A stretch of 64,000 bases of DNA from Blasia pusilla (GCA_050084515.1 CM114271.1:26722001-26786000), one strand, 5' to 3'; shown: positions 11,205-23,927, numbered from the stretch's first letter. The notes: generated from the letters alone by a model not told the origin. Made by a program: numbers and translations.

Positions 11205-14200
11205 ATGGTTGGATCATCATCACTAGATAGCGAGTCTCGTGACGAGATCTCGGAAGGGGACAGTGATGCGTGGAGAGAGATGGACGACATGGGCCACCAA
11301 GGCATGCGTCATTTCTCTGGTGCGGTAGGCACCAAAAATGATTTCATCCAAGAGTTTGACACGTGGCGCGACTTCCAGGAGATACGGACCCCTACGTATA
11401 CGCAGTTCAACCCTTTTATGGCGTGGAAGGGGTTGTTCCAGCACTTGGAGGGTCCGTTGATGGATGACTACATGGAGTTCCGATCTCTATACTCTGTAGA
11501 GATCGATGCTTGGAGGGCATATTGGGCCCCAGGGTATGTGTCTACTATTCATCGCCAAGCGTATGATGGAATAGTAAGGATGGAGAGACCTACACCATCA
11601 GCCCGGGGACTAGATGGAGAGGATGGTAGTGAGAGTAGTGAGGTGGCAGAGACCTCTCGTGGTAGAGGACCACCAAGTTTCAGTCCTACAATGGAGTGCT
11701 TCCGATAGTTGGGGAGGAGCTACCAGGGCGTGCGGATCGACAAGCTGAAGATTCTATAGGATTTTCAATAGAGATCGGGTGAGAGTGTGAGGGAGGCATT
11801 CACACGCATGCAACGATTGATCGTTGCTACATATGGGGTGATTGAGGCGCAGCCAGTGCAGTATTGGTATGGAGTATTGGACGAGGAGCTATTGAGGAGA
11901 GTTTGGGATGCAATGTTGCTTCACACAGCGAAGCCCACATTGAAGGTGGTCTTTGAGTTGTCTGAGCGGGTAGAGCTCAACATGAGTGAGGAGCACGTGG
12001 TGACCACAGGATTTTCGCAGGATTTGACGGGTCGACGAGTAGGAGTAGACCCAAAAATATCCTAATATGCACTAGTACTACGGGAGTAAGCTGGTGGGCC
12101 CAGAGAGCATGGCGGTTTTCGTGAGCCGATTAGGCAACCGCCCGTACAAACATATGTTTCCCAGTAGGGACCCTGGTTGGGTTGTTGGACGTGTGGTGGA
12201 TCACATAGGCAAAGAGACTACCCACAACATGGGAGAGGGCCACGGGCGCCTCCGATTGCTCAGGAGCCATAGAGATTGGCCCCACCATAGTTCTAGTGTG
12301 ATCATTGTTACCAATATGGTCACACTAGGGATAGGTGTTATGAGCTTCGCCGGGAAGTACGCCCAGAGGTAGGCAGAGGACTTGGGGGCGAGAGAGTTGG
12401 TGGAGATTGAGTAGTGGATGATCGTGGTGGTAGAGTGCCATCACCAGTTACCGGAGATGGAGGACGTGCACCCGATGCAGCGCTCCTTATGCGCATCGAT
12501 CAGTTGGAGCAAAGGATTTCTGCCATGGCGATGATGCAGCTACATGCTGGCCTGGAACTGAGAGTAGCTAGTGTGGTGCCAGCCTCCACATCTTACCACG
12601 ATGTTGGTGAGGATTCTGCGGGAAAGGGATTTATGTGTAGTGCGGCTCAGGTTGAGGCTACTGTGGTGGTGACTCCGGGTGATGCAAGAGTAACTAAGCC
12701 ATCGAGAGGTGGGGTTGAGATTGACCCAGAGGAGGGGACCGATGGGCGGCAAGCCAGGGTTCCCCAATCGTTCACGTTGTCGGAGGCACTTCATACACCG
12801 TCGATGGTGTCTCAACAACTAGTAGTGCCCACGTGTGAGGCAGATGCATCGACGTCACGAGGAGTTGGAGATACGACTCCTATGCCGGCTCGGGAGGAGC
12901 TAGTGTTGACCACCTTGTTGGATATGGCCACAAGGTTGAGCCAGGCTCTGTTGTTTTCCGCCATAGAGTTGGCGACGTTGGAGTTGGACCAACGGAAGTG
13001 TTTCGGCTGGCCGCCACATTGTGTTAGCGTGGAGAGGTGACTGCCTCTCGTTCAGAGGTAGTTGAGGAGACGATGGAATTGCCCTCGGAGCAGGTGCTCA
13101 TGACGTCCTCCACTGAGTCATGGCATGCGGCGTCGGAAAAGTTGGTAGATATGCCAGCTAGCCCAACGATAGAGCGAGCCATGATCACACCACATGTGGT
13201 GTTGTTGGATAATCGAGTAGGAGTTTTTCGCTTGGTTAGTCCCACATGTGCAGTGTACCACCAACAGCGTGTCCTACTTGATTCGGGAGTGCAGCCCTTG
13301 ATGTTAGGGAAGATGGCATATTTGGCGTTGGGTCTACACAAAGGCGACACTGAGCATTGTCCCTTTTGCATACATACCTCTATTGGGGGCATATCATCCA
13401 TGCAGTACATGACTCGATAGGAGTTGATGGACGGGTGAGCTATCTACCGGTGTTGTTTGCAGAGAGTAGTGGTGGTCGACACGTGAGGATACGGTGACCA
13501 CGTTGGCAGTATTCACAGGTGGTGTTAGCTGATAAGGAGGGTTCGGGGAGAGGAGCACACATGCGGAGGACATTCCCATAGCGAATAGTCCCACGGAAAG
13601 ATATGTCAGGGTGGGTGTCTCTTCCCATGGTGCAAATTTGCTTTATTGTTGTTGGGGATGAGCATTGAGATGTGTGGAGTGCAGACGAGCTCATGAGGCT
13701 GGGGTAGAGCCGTGTCTATGTTTGGAGCAGGGTACGAGAGTATTAGATCTTTTCGGAGGGATCAACACGGCGGATTGCTATAGTGTTGCAGGGATGGCGA
13801 CATCGAGGGTGATGGATGTGCATAGGATAGTAGATCATGTCAGATACATATGTGTATGCTATCTAGAGTTAGGGGGACCAAACTGCCAATTAGGGGGGCG
13901 ATTGTGGAGTCTCGATGTATATGCATGAGTTTGTTTGGTTTGTATGGATCTACCTGTATGTTGGGGAAGATCGATGTTTTGTGGTGTGTAGATGTGACCA
14001 GCGATGTGGGTTGTATAGCGATGTGTATGCGCACAACAAGTATCACATCTTATTTCGACGTAGGTAGAGTTCTATCACGTCGACGACATAGAGAGTTAGC
14101 GGGTTGTTTGGGTGTAACTTCATCCTGAGATATCGGATGAGGTTGGCGAGAGGTCTGTTGTGTCGGGAACGTCGTTTATGGCAATTCTCTATTTTGGTTT

Positions 14201-14612
14201 TAGTCCGTCAAGTGACCCGTTGACCAAGTCAACGATCACCCGGTAACCTGTGCACGCAGGTTGTCGTTGGAAGGGCTATTTTTGGGGGAAGAGCCTTTTG
14301 GCTCTTCCCAAGGGTATAAGAATGAGGAATATGCTCCCAAGCTATCTTTCTCATATTGAGCCTTAGGAGTGCCTCTCTTGCATAGACGTGTGTGGGTGTG
14401 TAGGATTTAGGGTGCTAGCGTCCGGATTTCCTCATAGCATAGGGTGGATGTGTTTTGATATGGCGATGTAGATTCATGAGTGGAGTTTTAGGTTGGGTGA
14501 GCCATTTTTAGATTCATGAGTGGAGTTTTAGGTTGGGTGAAGATCGATGTTGTGTGGTGTGTAGATGTGATCAACGATGTGGGTTGTCATAGCGATGTGT
14601 ATACGCACAACA
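11205..14612 (+). mobile_element. Degenerate, internally deleted Ty3/gypsy LTR retrotransposon (gag, zinc knuckles, protease, DNMT-motif-I-like stub, 3' LTR)
   Basis: Gag-like fragments (GESVREAFTRMQRLI). Zinc knuckles CWTCGGSHRQRDY (~12183) and CDHCYQYGHTRDRC (~12297). Aspartic protease VLLDSG (~13270). VLDLFGGI at 13740. PPT-like AGGGGGGCG at ~13892. The 3' region is the reverse complement of 61779-62620 and ends ...CACAACA. The 5' boundary is not defined. Confidence 0.8.
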
Positions 14613-17001
14613 TCTTTGTATGTACTTGTTCTCGCGTGCTCAGCGAGCGTAGATGATGAGGATATAAAAAAACTCGAGTGGAGGACTTGTTGGGCAAGTC
14701 CGTGATATGGATCAATACGTCTGTTTTTGTGAAACCTTGCTATGGAGACAGTACACACTTGAGGAGACTTAACCCAATTAGAGCTCGGAAATTTCTTGGC
14801 TACCTATAGAACTAGTAATTGGTTGAATCCTTGGGACTCAACTAGTTGCGAGTTCTATAGGTAGAATGTGTTGCCCTAACTTGCCTAGTTTACTTCTCTA
14901 TTAGATTTCTAAATATTTCAAAAATTCCAAATACTACTATACTTTACTTGGCTTTCACAAAGTATACCCCTATGTATCTAGAGAAGTAATCAATATGGGC
15001 AGCATAGGCAACCCATATGTAGACCAATCAAAATGAAATCTTAGCTTGTTAGGAGTATTAGAGAAAGTACCAAAATTTAGAGTAGGATTGGATCCCTAAG
15101 AAATCCACAAGAAGAGAATTCTATGAACATTATTCTTTATGTTTGGATACCTATGTATAACAAAAAAACCGAAACATATCAATTGTTATGATATATAATA
15201 TTAAGAAGGAAGAACATTTAAATGATTGGATCAATTGGTCTATCCAACTCAAGGATCTGGTTGGAAGAAACACCATGTATTCATGATTCCTTTTAATTCG
15301 GTTTCTTAGCGAATGCTTCGATTCTCTTGACTCAATTTCGTATCAGTTTACGCATGTATGGACTAAATATTCTTTTTTCCTGCAAACATATTAAGCCTTG
15401 CGAATCCAAACCATACTTATATTTTATTTTCCTTTTGGTTGGTTTAAGAAATTCTTCTTGTGGTATGTTAGGTTCAACCAACATTTCACTAAGGATCATG
15501 CTTGAAAATGATTGGATATATGCTATTATTAGTCCATATGGAAAAAATAATAGTCAAATATAGCATTGCAACTTGTACAACATAATATATATATATATAT
15601 ATAGAGCAAGTAGAAACTTGGGGTTGTGACGGTTGAGTAGGTGGTTATATTAGAGCAACCTCCAAACGAATATGGTAAGAATACATCATAATAGAGAACC
15701 AAATAATCCAATCATTTAAATTCATGGATAGGAAAGAATTAATATTTCAATGAGAAGTGCATAGTTATCTGTTCATAATAAATAGATTTCTTGGTTGACC
15801 TTTGTTTGCACCTTCAGGAGATATTCTTAAAAACAAGAAGAAAAAAATGATGCAAATTATGGTGTTAAATAGCACGGACGAAAAGCCGAATACGCGAGTG
15901 CAAGGGCAAGATAAAAAAAAATTTCCAGTGGCCATGCAGGCACGCAAAACACGTAATTTTAACAATGATTTTATAAATATTAATTGAGCATTCATATTTT
16001 AATGGAAAAATGTATTTTTTGCTATTTTCAAGAATGGATTCACTAGTTTTTCAAGAGTCTTCTTAAGGTAAAGATTTGCAGATTTCAAATCTTTTTCATG
16101 ATAGCTAAATATAAATGTACTACTTAAGGTTCTAATGTGGAATTTGGGATGCAAAGATGTGACCGTAATTCATTTCAATAGTGGGAGTATAGCCCTTTTT
16201 TTACATGTGTTGCACAAATATGCAAGTTATATACACATAACTCAAATGGTTAAAAAAATTCTTAACCATCTTCTCAGATTTACTCTCAAAATCGTAACAT
16301 ATGCCACATCCATTGCGAATATATTTATGATTAAAAGATCATCCTAGAATTTTCCAACTCTAAATTTAATATCCTTCCATGACTAAAGAGGATATCAACT
16401 CTAAATTTAATATCCTAATGCTAAAGAGAATATTTTCTAGAAACAGCTAATGCATTTAATGTCCTCAAATTTCATTGTTGTGACCACTTTATCATCACAT
16501 TGCCTTTGGAACATGGGAGTTGAACCATTATAATTGTAATTGCTTCATTGTAATGGCATATATAGTTGCAAAGTATCATTATCCACCATGGATTTTGAAC
16601 TAACATTGATAGTGATAATAATCTTATGACGCAACAACTATGAGACAAAGCAAGTGGAATATGATGTCATTTGGTGTGCACATGCGTAACATGCACTAAC
16701 ATCTAAAGCATAGTAGGTACATACACCATCACATCAAAAGGTTATAGAATCAACCTACCACAAGCGATTTTCCTATTACAATTGTCTTCAATTTCCAGAT
16801 GATAAGGTAATTCCAATTTCAAAAGCATAACCTTTAAATTAAAGGAAGATCACTCCTTCCTTACTAAATTCTTAAATGTGTACACATATCAACAAGCATC
16901 CATTTTAAAAACATAATGACTTCCTCATCAACATGTCGATATACATATGATTTTAAGTGCTTTCTTCCATACTAATATCAACATACTCACCAAAATTTTG
17001 G

Positions 17002-20000
17002 TCACTTCTTTAGGGCTACCAACATTGAAATAGCCCCCAACAGATTTACAATTCCAATCTGGACAATGGTAACAAGCACATTAGATTCACGAAACCTCCA
17101 TATGTCACCAAAGCATCTGAATTCAAGAGTATACGCCATAAACTTTGATGGTCCTCCTAAGTAGTTGATTGGGGGCACCTTTTGAATCAAGTTTGCTTAT
17201 AACTACATAGAGTTGTGCCATGGATAGCTATAAAGGGAAAGTTCATATGAGGAATGCAACACACAGATTTGGCAATGGATTGTTGCAAAGTGTGGCACAT
17301 GATTCGAGAAGCATTTCGTTAACAATTCAATTTATATTTTGAAGAATTTATATAGACTTTCCAATCCACCAATGGCTATGAAGATGTGGGACTAGGCACA
17401 AGAGCAATGCAAAAACTGAAAACAATTCGTTGCATTATAGTTCCTAAGAAATATATTTACGAGAGATTGTTCCTAAGAGATCAAATATCCATATTCAATT
17501 AAACTACCGAAGCAATTATGGACGAAGAATACAAAAAAACTATTTACCCTCAATCCCTCTTGACCAATGTATCAAAGGCATTCAATTTCTACCGACTCAG
17601 TTCTTGTGGAGTCAAAAATATTGTTTGAATGATAAAGACAATAAAACCACTTATCTATATTATTACGAGAGGGCACTATCTTGATTTGTTAACTCCGGGA
17701 ATGACACACGTTTATTTTCAATGAGAAAAATAAAGCACAAGAATGTTTCAAATTTGTAAAATCACTCTTTATTATCTATGAAACTTTTAGTAATATGCTC
17801 TTTTCACTACATTGGACCCATTGAACGTAAGGGCTTTTTGGTAAAGTAGTAAAAGTGGTTAGAAGATACCAATCTGGCTTGAATAACATTAACTTCCATC
17901 CAACCTTCAACCCCACTAAGTTTAGCTACTCTTTTTTTGCCCATACAATGCATTAAACAATATATGTTCATTTTCGTCCCTTCCTAGAGAGAGGCAAGAC
18001 CACTTCAAACTATATAACTGAATTCTCTGCGAGGGAATTTCCCTTCCCTCTTGAGAGAATGGAGGGTTGTTGCATTTACCTCCCTTTGCCTTTCTAATTG
18101 ATTCTTATTCCCTCCTCTCTTTATGTCATCTTTGGTAATTCCTTCCTTACGTCTCATATCGCCATTAGGAGGACAATGATAAGCTTCCTCCCCTTCTACT
18201 ATCTAATCTCATATCCCCTCCCCTAATTATATTTTATTCTTCATCTTTCCACCCCTATCTTATCGAAACTTGATACTTCCTCAAAAGTCCCTTATGTAGT
18301 TGTCCATCTTACATACATATTACATTCTCTTTTCTCCTCCCCTACAAAAAATTTCAGCTTAAAGGTCCTTCTCCAATAGCAAAGTCTTAATTAGAAGAAA
18401 TTACCACAGCAAATAATAGCATTTGAAAACAAGAACCCATTGATCTTGTTTTCCTTAATTGGCAATATTGATGATAACATAAAAGAAGATTACATGTGCT
18501 TGAAGTGAATTTTGAAAATTCACTACTTTATACCCAAGGTTTAGTTGCATCGTATGGTTGCAAAAAAAATGGACAAATCTATTCTTACGACAAGTTTGAA
18601 CATATTCACGGACATGGATTATAAGAAGTGGGACCCACACTTTATAATTCATGATCGAAAATAGGATCTCACATGGAAAAGTCTTTCCGAGTTTCCTAAA
18701 ATAAAGAGGGAGGTTATCAGAATGGAGGGAGGAAGAAACGACAAAGCATGGAACATGTAAGTGCACCCTTGTTATATCCTAGTTCTTGTAAAAGTTAAAG
18801 AGTATCTTCTAACACCCTTTCGAATTTCTAATCATTGCTTGCTAACAATCTATGACCCTACTATTGCTTAAATCCATTACAACAATCATTAGTTCTGGTT
18901 CTCTATTTCCACTCCCGATTCAACTTTCGCATGCCGGATCCGATGGGCCATGGTCACGTTCGAAGTCCTTATCACATCGGATAGGACGGCCTAATAGCAA
19001 CGCCAAGAATTTGCGGCCAACTTCGGTCTATTACAACTAAGTCACAAACTTACGACTTTTAGATCTACCTCCCATAGAAGTTCTATTGGGGTCACTTGAA
19101 AATACATTCCGGGTGGAACAACCAATTGTTTGCCATCTCCACCTTTAGGTCACCTACCTACTTACCTAACTGAAAATTGAATGTTTGGTTGCTTACGGAT
19201 TTATATCATGCACAAAAGGTTTGCAACCGCTCGAGGATGCAAAACCTCTCTTACGCCCATTTTTTTTGGACAGTTGAAATCTCGCAACCTTGTGGTTAAA
19301 TGGCAACCATAACCACCTTCAACTCATCCTTACCCATAGGATCCAAACTGATTTGCTAACGGCCAACATCAATGTTTTGCGTTGGCCCATGGGAGACGAC
19401 ACTAGGAGTTGGGCCCCATGGACGGCTGCAAAGGTTGCCACGACCTAGCGCATATGGCACCGGGCCCTAAGAGCCATGTTGCATGAACCACCAACCAAAA
19501 TGTTTTACCAACAGACTACGGAAAAAATTTATGTCAATTACTCATAGTTTTTGACGATTACTTGCCGCTCGAGGTCGGGAGGATACCGGACAATTTCTAC
19601 ACCCAAAACTTTTGAGCGCAGAAAAAAAAAAGTAACGCTGTAAGATCACCACAACCTACGGAACCCGGCCCTAAGTCTTGACTTAGAGTCGCAAAAATAG
19701 TACTTTTGGACTAAGTCATTTGAGTTTGGGTACGGTTTAGGAATTTGTGAAATCATGGAGATCTTTGGATTGTAATGCGATTTAGGAATCTCTCTCATCA
19801 TGAAGGTTATGATCGGAGCACCTTTCCCCAAAGTCTTTGTTGATGATTTCATGGGTCTCCATCTCAATATTCCCATGAAGCCAACATTGGCAACTACAAC
19901 CTCGAGACTCTTCTTTGGTTCAATCATGGGGCGGTAAGACTTCTTCCTAGGGACCAAAGTTCAGGAAGAGATAGGAATATGCAAGAATGTTTGAGTGTTG

Positions 20001-23000
20001 TCTTTTCTATCAGGAGACTCTTTCTTTAATTCAACTAGTAAGATGCCCGCACGATGCACGGGAAATTAAAAAAGTGTTTCAAGAGTTAGTGTATAACCCC
20101 TGAAGGGAAAAGATTAATGATGATGCTCACAAACTCGAATTTCTTTCGGTAATTGGGCAACTTTTACATCTGCACCTTGTATCAAAAGGTGCAGGTGTAA
20201 AAGTTGCCCAATTACCGAATGAAAAGAAATTCGAATTTGTGCGATTCGAGTTGTAAAAGTTGCCCAATTAACTTTTACACCTGCACCTTGTATGTACGTG
20301 GAAAGGACATGAAAGAGAGATGAATCAAAAGTAGATGAGGAGAGAAGCACTTACAATTAGAAGAGGAGGAGGGACTGCACCCACCGACACCAATCCGGAG
20401 AAGCTCAAGAAGAGAAACTGCGACACAATATAGCTACCAGGTTACTTGCATTCACACTGGAAGCAATCAAACAAACTGTCTTGTAACTATATTCCCACAT
20501 GAAGCCCCTGATGAGGCTGATCATTTGACCCTTCTGAGCATTGACCTCTTGTCAAACCAATTTGTTGTGTATATTCACCATCTCTTTTGAACTTCTTACT
20601 CTATCTTGCATTGAGACACAATCACCTGGTCGCCTAAGATTTATAATTTGTTCCTGAGTACACTGAGATAAATCTCGCTTGATCAGCTAAGAAACTGTGA
20701 TCAGCCTCATCAAGAGCAAATAACTTCTGCTTTAGACGTCTACACTTGTACCTCAATTCTGTGTGCCATAGAACAACTTAGTTCTCTCCATACATACTGC
20801 CGTTCTCAAAAACTCTACCCTACCCCATTACCTGTTGGATCCTCAATGAGTTTTACATGTTCAACTATGTAATTATGAGCAGGCAATCTGATGTAACTAT
20901 CTTAAGGTATCCGAGTTTGGTCTCTTTTTGTGATCAGATGGAGGGTTTATTACAGAATCAATTTGCAAAGACGCAAACAAAATTCAGACGTAGTTTACAG
21001 CAAATCAGAATTCTTCAGTCATTCCCTGGCCGGGGAAAATCTCCCTGGTGATTTAGTCCCACTTCTGCTCCACCCTCAGAGCTTCTAGCTTGGACCGGTG
21101 CATGTCTTTTGCTTAAGAATGCTACAAACGTTTAACCAGGCCGCGCACCAACTTTTCAAATTCAACCCTTGATTAGAGACTTAGCGTGGACTTCCCTGAA
21201 CGATTTCAGGGAGACTGTCTGACTGAACGCTTTCATGTCCTATACGAACTTAGTTCATATTGCTAAGTTTTTGCATGAGTACAGCAGAATATGTAGCTTA
21301 CTTATTACACCACTGGCTTCTATTGGTGTAACTGTCCAAGGCTTGCAGGATCTGGTTCACCTAAGTTAAGTTTGAGTCCAATAGCCCTGTTGGGTCCCTG
21401 AGAACAAGAAATCAGCTTTAGCATTCTCTCTGGTTTTTGTTTGCTATCCTGGAATTACATTCCTTACCTTCACTTCTTGTCTAGTGAGTCTACTTCTTAT
21501 CTACAAGATTACTCGTGTATCCAGAATATCCTTGGAAAGAAAAATATGAAAATAAACGATTTTCACTAACAAGGTCAATACCAAATGAAACTGAAGCGAT
21601 CAATCGATCATCCTGGTACCTAAGACACATGGGAAAGAGAGAGAACAGTAAAAGGAGGAAGTTGCAGAACATACAATTCGTCCGACCACAGTAGAGTAGT
21701 AGAAAGCTTGAGCTCCTTGGATACCTCTCATATCGCCGACTGCAGTGCCAATGTAGTACACTCCAAATACCTGGAAACCAGCAGTGTCTGTAAAAAGAGG
21801 AACTGAAACATCTCCCAAGAGGTACACAGTTACTGCACTTGTCACATCCAAAGGTACTCATGCACATACTTAGATAGGCATTCTCCCCACGAGAGTGCCA
21901 GAAAGAATAAGAGGAAACAAATTTTCTTGCTGGAAGTTTTAGCATACCATAGCAAGAACTGCTCCCACCTGAACCCACCCCAGACTTACTCCATTCAGAT
22001 TAAACAGGATCCCTGAAATCAATTCCACGGCCGGAGGCTTCAGATTTAAAGGCGCGGAAGGTCCTTGCTATTATGATCCAGCCATCAACATCAGCGAATC
22101 TTAATTGGTGCTCTGCGACCAGGCAAGACGATCATCGCAGCCCAAAGTGATCACAGTCAGAGCTTCACTGGTCCTTACGAGAGCACTCCGTGTGCCGAAA
22201 CTTACCATGCTCACAAATACTTCAGATAGACTGAAACAACTTAGAAACCCACTGAAGATTGAAATCACTGCCAATGTCTCTCCACACCGATTCGTGAGGA
22301 CTTATCCAAAGTGTCACAATCAACAAACCAAACAGCTTTCATGAGGACCAGCATTTCTATGCTCCAGGACATGGACTTCCTCCCTGCACATCAAACTCTC
22401 TCAAGTCCTCGTCTTCGAGATGAAGCCTTTCGAAGTTGTCAGTGACCAATAACTTCTAAAGGTTTGCCCTCCTTACCAAATAAAGACTTCGGAAAGGTGA
22501 TAAGTGCCAAGCCAGCAATTGATATGTAGAGGCCAGTGACGAGTGCAACTCGAGCGGGCTTTGTATTCTTTAGACCTTCGTTTTGGCGACTTGGATCTCT
22601 CTGAAGCGCCTCTGCCAGGTCCATACTTTCCAGGCAAGTCTCTGTTTTGCGAGGCATCATTTCATCCGAGATGTTGGTTTCCTCGACTGCTGAACGAAAG
22701 CTACCTTGCGTCACAAAACAAGGCTGATGCATGAGTACACATGAATTCTGGGGTGAACAGAAACGTATTGAGAACAATCTACCGAACCTGCTACTCCAGC
22801 TAGCATCCACAAAATAGCATGAACATTTTCTCTGTCTCACAGGCATCCATAATTTGAAGACTCTTACATCAAGCTGCCAACTTCTGAGAGCAGAGCTATT
22901 TGAGGAGAGTGACTTCCATAAGTCCTCGGCATCGATGCGGCTCTATTACTGATGCGAATTTCTCCGTGCTCCAGTCTTGAAGCGAACACTTTCGCAGTAA

Positions 23001-23927
23001 GATTTCCTGCTCTGCCTGCGTGGACGTTCCCTTGAAGCTTGCCCAAGACTACAACATCCCCATCAGCTGACACAGAGCCTCCTTTCTTCACATCTCCAAG
23101 GATCTGCATACAGAGTTCTGTTAAAATTTTTGGCATAACTTGGAACAGCCTGGATATCGTTGAAAGATTATTCCCACCTGTACACCCCCGAGTCTACGAT
23201 GCTCATTCGGACGTAATAGTAGAATCGCTGAGATCTGTCTCCGGAAATGTCGCAAGAGTTCAGGACTCCAAAAGTATGTCTCGTGCTCTCCCAACTCTTC
23301 ACAAGATTTCAGTGGTGCAACATATTATGTGAAACTCTCGAGAGGAAAATTGCGCAGACTATTGAAATAAGGCAGCAACTGTCCCTCAGGACCTCATCTC
23401 CAAACCCATCAGCTTGGACCAGTCTTCGATAAAGATTAGATTGACCTTACAATCACTGCACCGGAGTGCTCCACAATCTCCCCCTCGCAAATTGACTTCT
23501 TCACATACAAGCAGGCACATTTCGCCTCATGTGCCTCCCCCGTGTCTCCCTCAACTTCAACTGCTTCACTACTTCGATTCTCTTCATTGTTTTCCGCCAA
23601 GCTGGCTGCGTCGGTGGCATATCCTCTGCAAGCACGCATGGTCTGCCTTCGATGTCCCGAATAAATCGTGCAACTAGCCGAATTGCTCTGCACCCCTTTC
23701 CTATCTACCCCTTTCCTAAGCAACATCATCGCTGTTGCATTCCGCTCATACCCGCTCCGATTATATCCTCCTTTTCCCTTATCTTTCTCCCAAATGTAAC
23801 CGGAAGTACAGAGCTTTCCCAGAGTTCGTATGGCTGCACAATGACCTGATTTTGAGGAGCTCGCACGAATCTCCAAGCTCAGCTTCGTCTTATTCAGGAA
23901 ATCCACATAACAAGCCATTGCATGCAT
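17002..23927 (-). CDS. MinC C-terminal-domain protein with C-terminal multi-pass membrane domain, ~405 aa, 7 exons: 23927-23451, 23103-22868, 22700-22477, 22012-21948, 21770-21675, 20417-20355, 17058-17002
   Basis: All introns GT-AG with consistent phases (0,2,1,0,0,0); total 1218 nt. Splicing exons 1-2 gives LYVKKSICEGEIVEHSGAVIILGDVKKGGSVSADGDVVVLGKLQGNVHAGRAGNLTAKVFASRLEHGEIRIS, which matches the MinC_C beta-helix pattern. The C-terminus has several hydrophobic segments and ends IGIVNLLGAISMLVALKK. The exon-3 acceptor and the start codon (23927 vs 23918) are less certain. Confidence 0.8.
17654..17680 (+). mobile_element. Helitron-like 5' terminus (also at 49145)
   Basis: A|TCTATATTATTACGAGAGGGCAC here and A|TCTATATTATTATTAGAGAGTGCCC at 49145, both of the A|TC-tatatta Helitron start type. 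Confidence 0.45.
19471..19671. mobile_element. Harbinger/Tourist-like MITE, diverged copy inside last intron of the MinC-like gene
   Basis: Right end ACCCGGCCC+TAA; left TAA+GAGCCATGTTGCATG (decayed TIR). Internal CACCCAAAACTTTTGAGCGCAGAAAA is shared with the copies at 29.1 and 40.1 kb. Another ...CCGGGCCC+TAA end abuts at 19467. Confidence 0.6.
20034..20062 (-). mobile_element. Helitron-like 3' terminus
   Basis: Minus strand reads CCCGTGCATCGTGCGGG (hairpin) then CATCTTA and CTAG|T. Confidence 0.6.
20128..20241. repeat. Long inverted repeat (hairpin) in intron 6 of the MinC-like gene
   Basis: 34-bp arm TTCGGTAATTGGGCAACTTTTACATCTGCACCTT pairs with AAGGTGCAGGTGTAAAAGTTGCCCAATTACCGAA (1 mismatch) around a 7-nt loop. 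A further ~17 bp of stem lies beyond a bulge. Partial extra copies run to ~20293. Confidence 0.9.

Noticed and set aside
21600-21675. MinC-like gene ending at the stop at 21600
   Set aside because: A good donor (ATT|GTATGT) and two downstream in-phase hydrophobic exons give a more coherent C-terminus.
22864-23136. Bacterial contamination or recent HGT of minC
   Set aside because: The domain is interrupted by a spliceosomal intron and embedded among plant genes and TEs.
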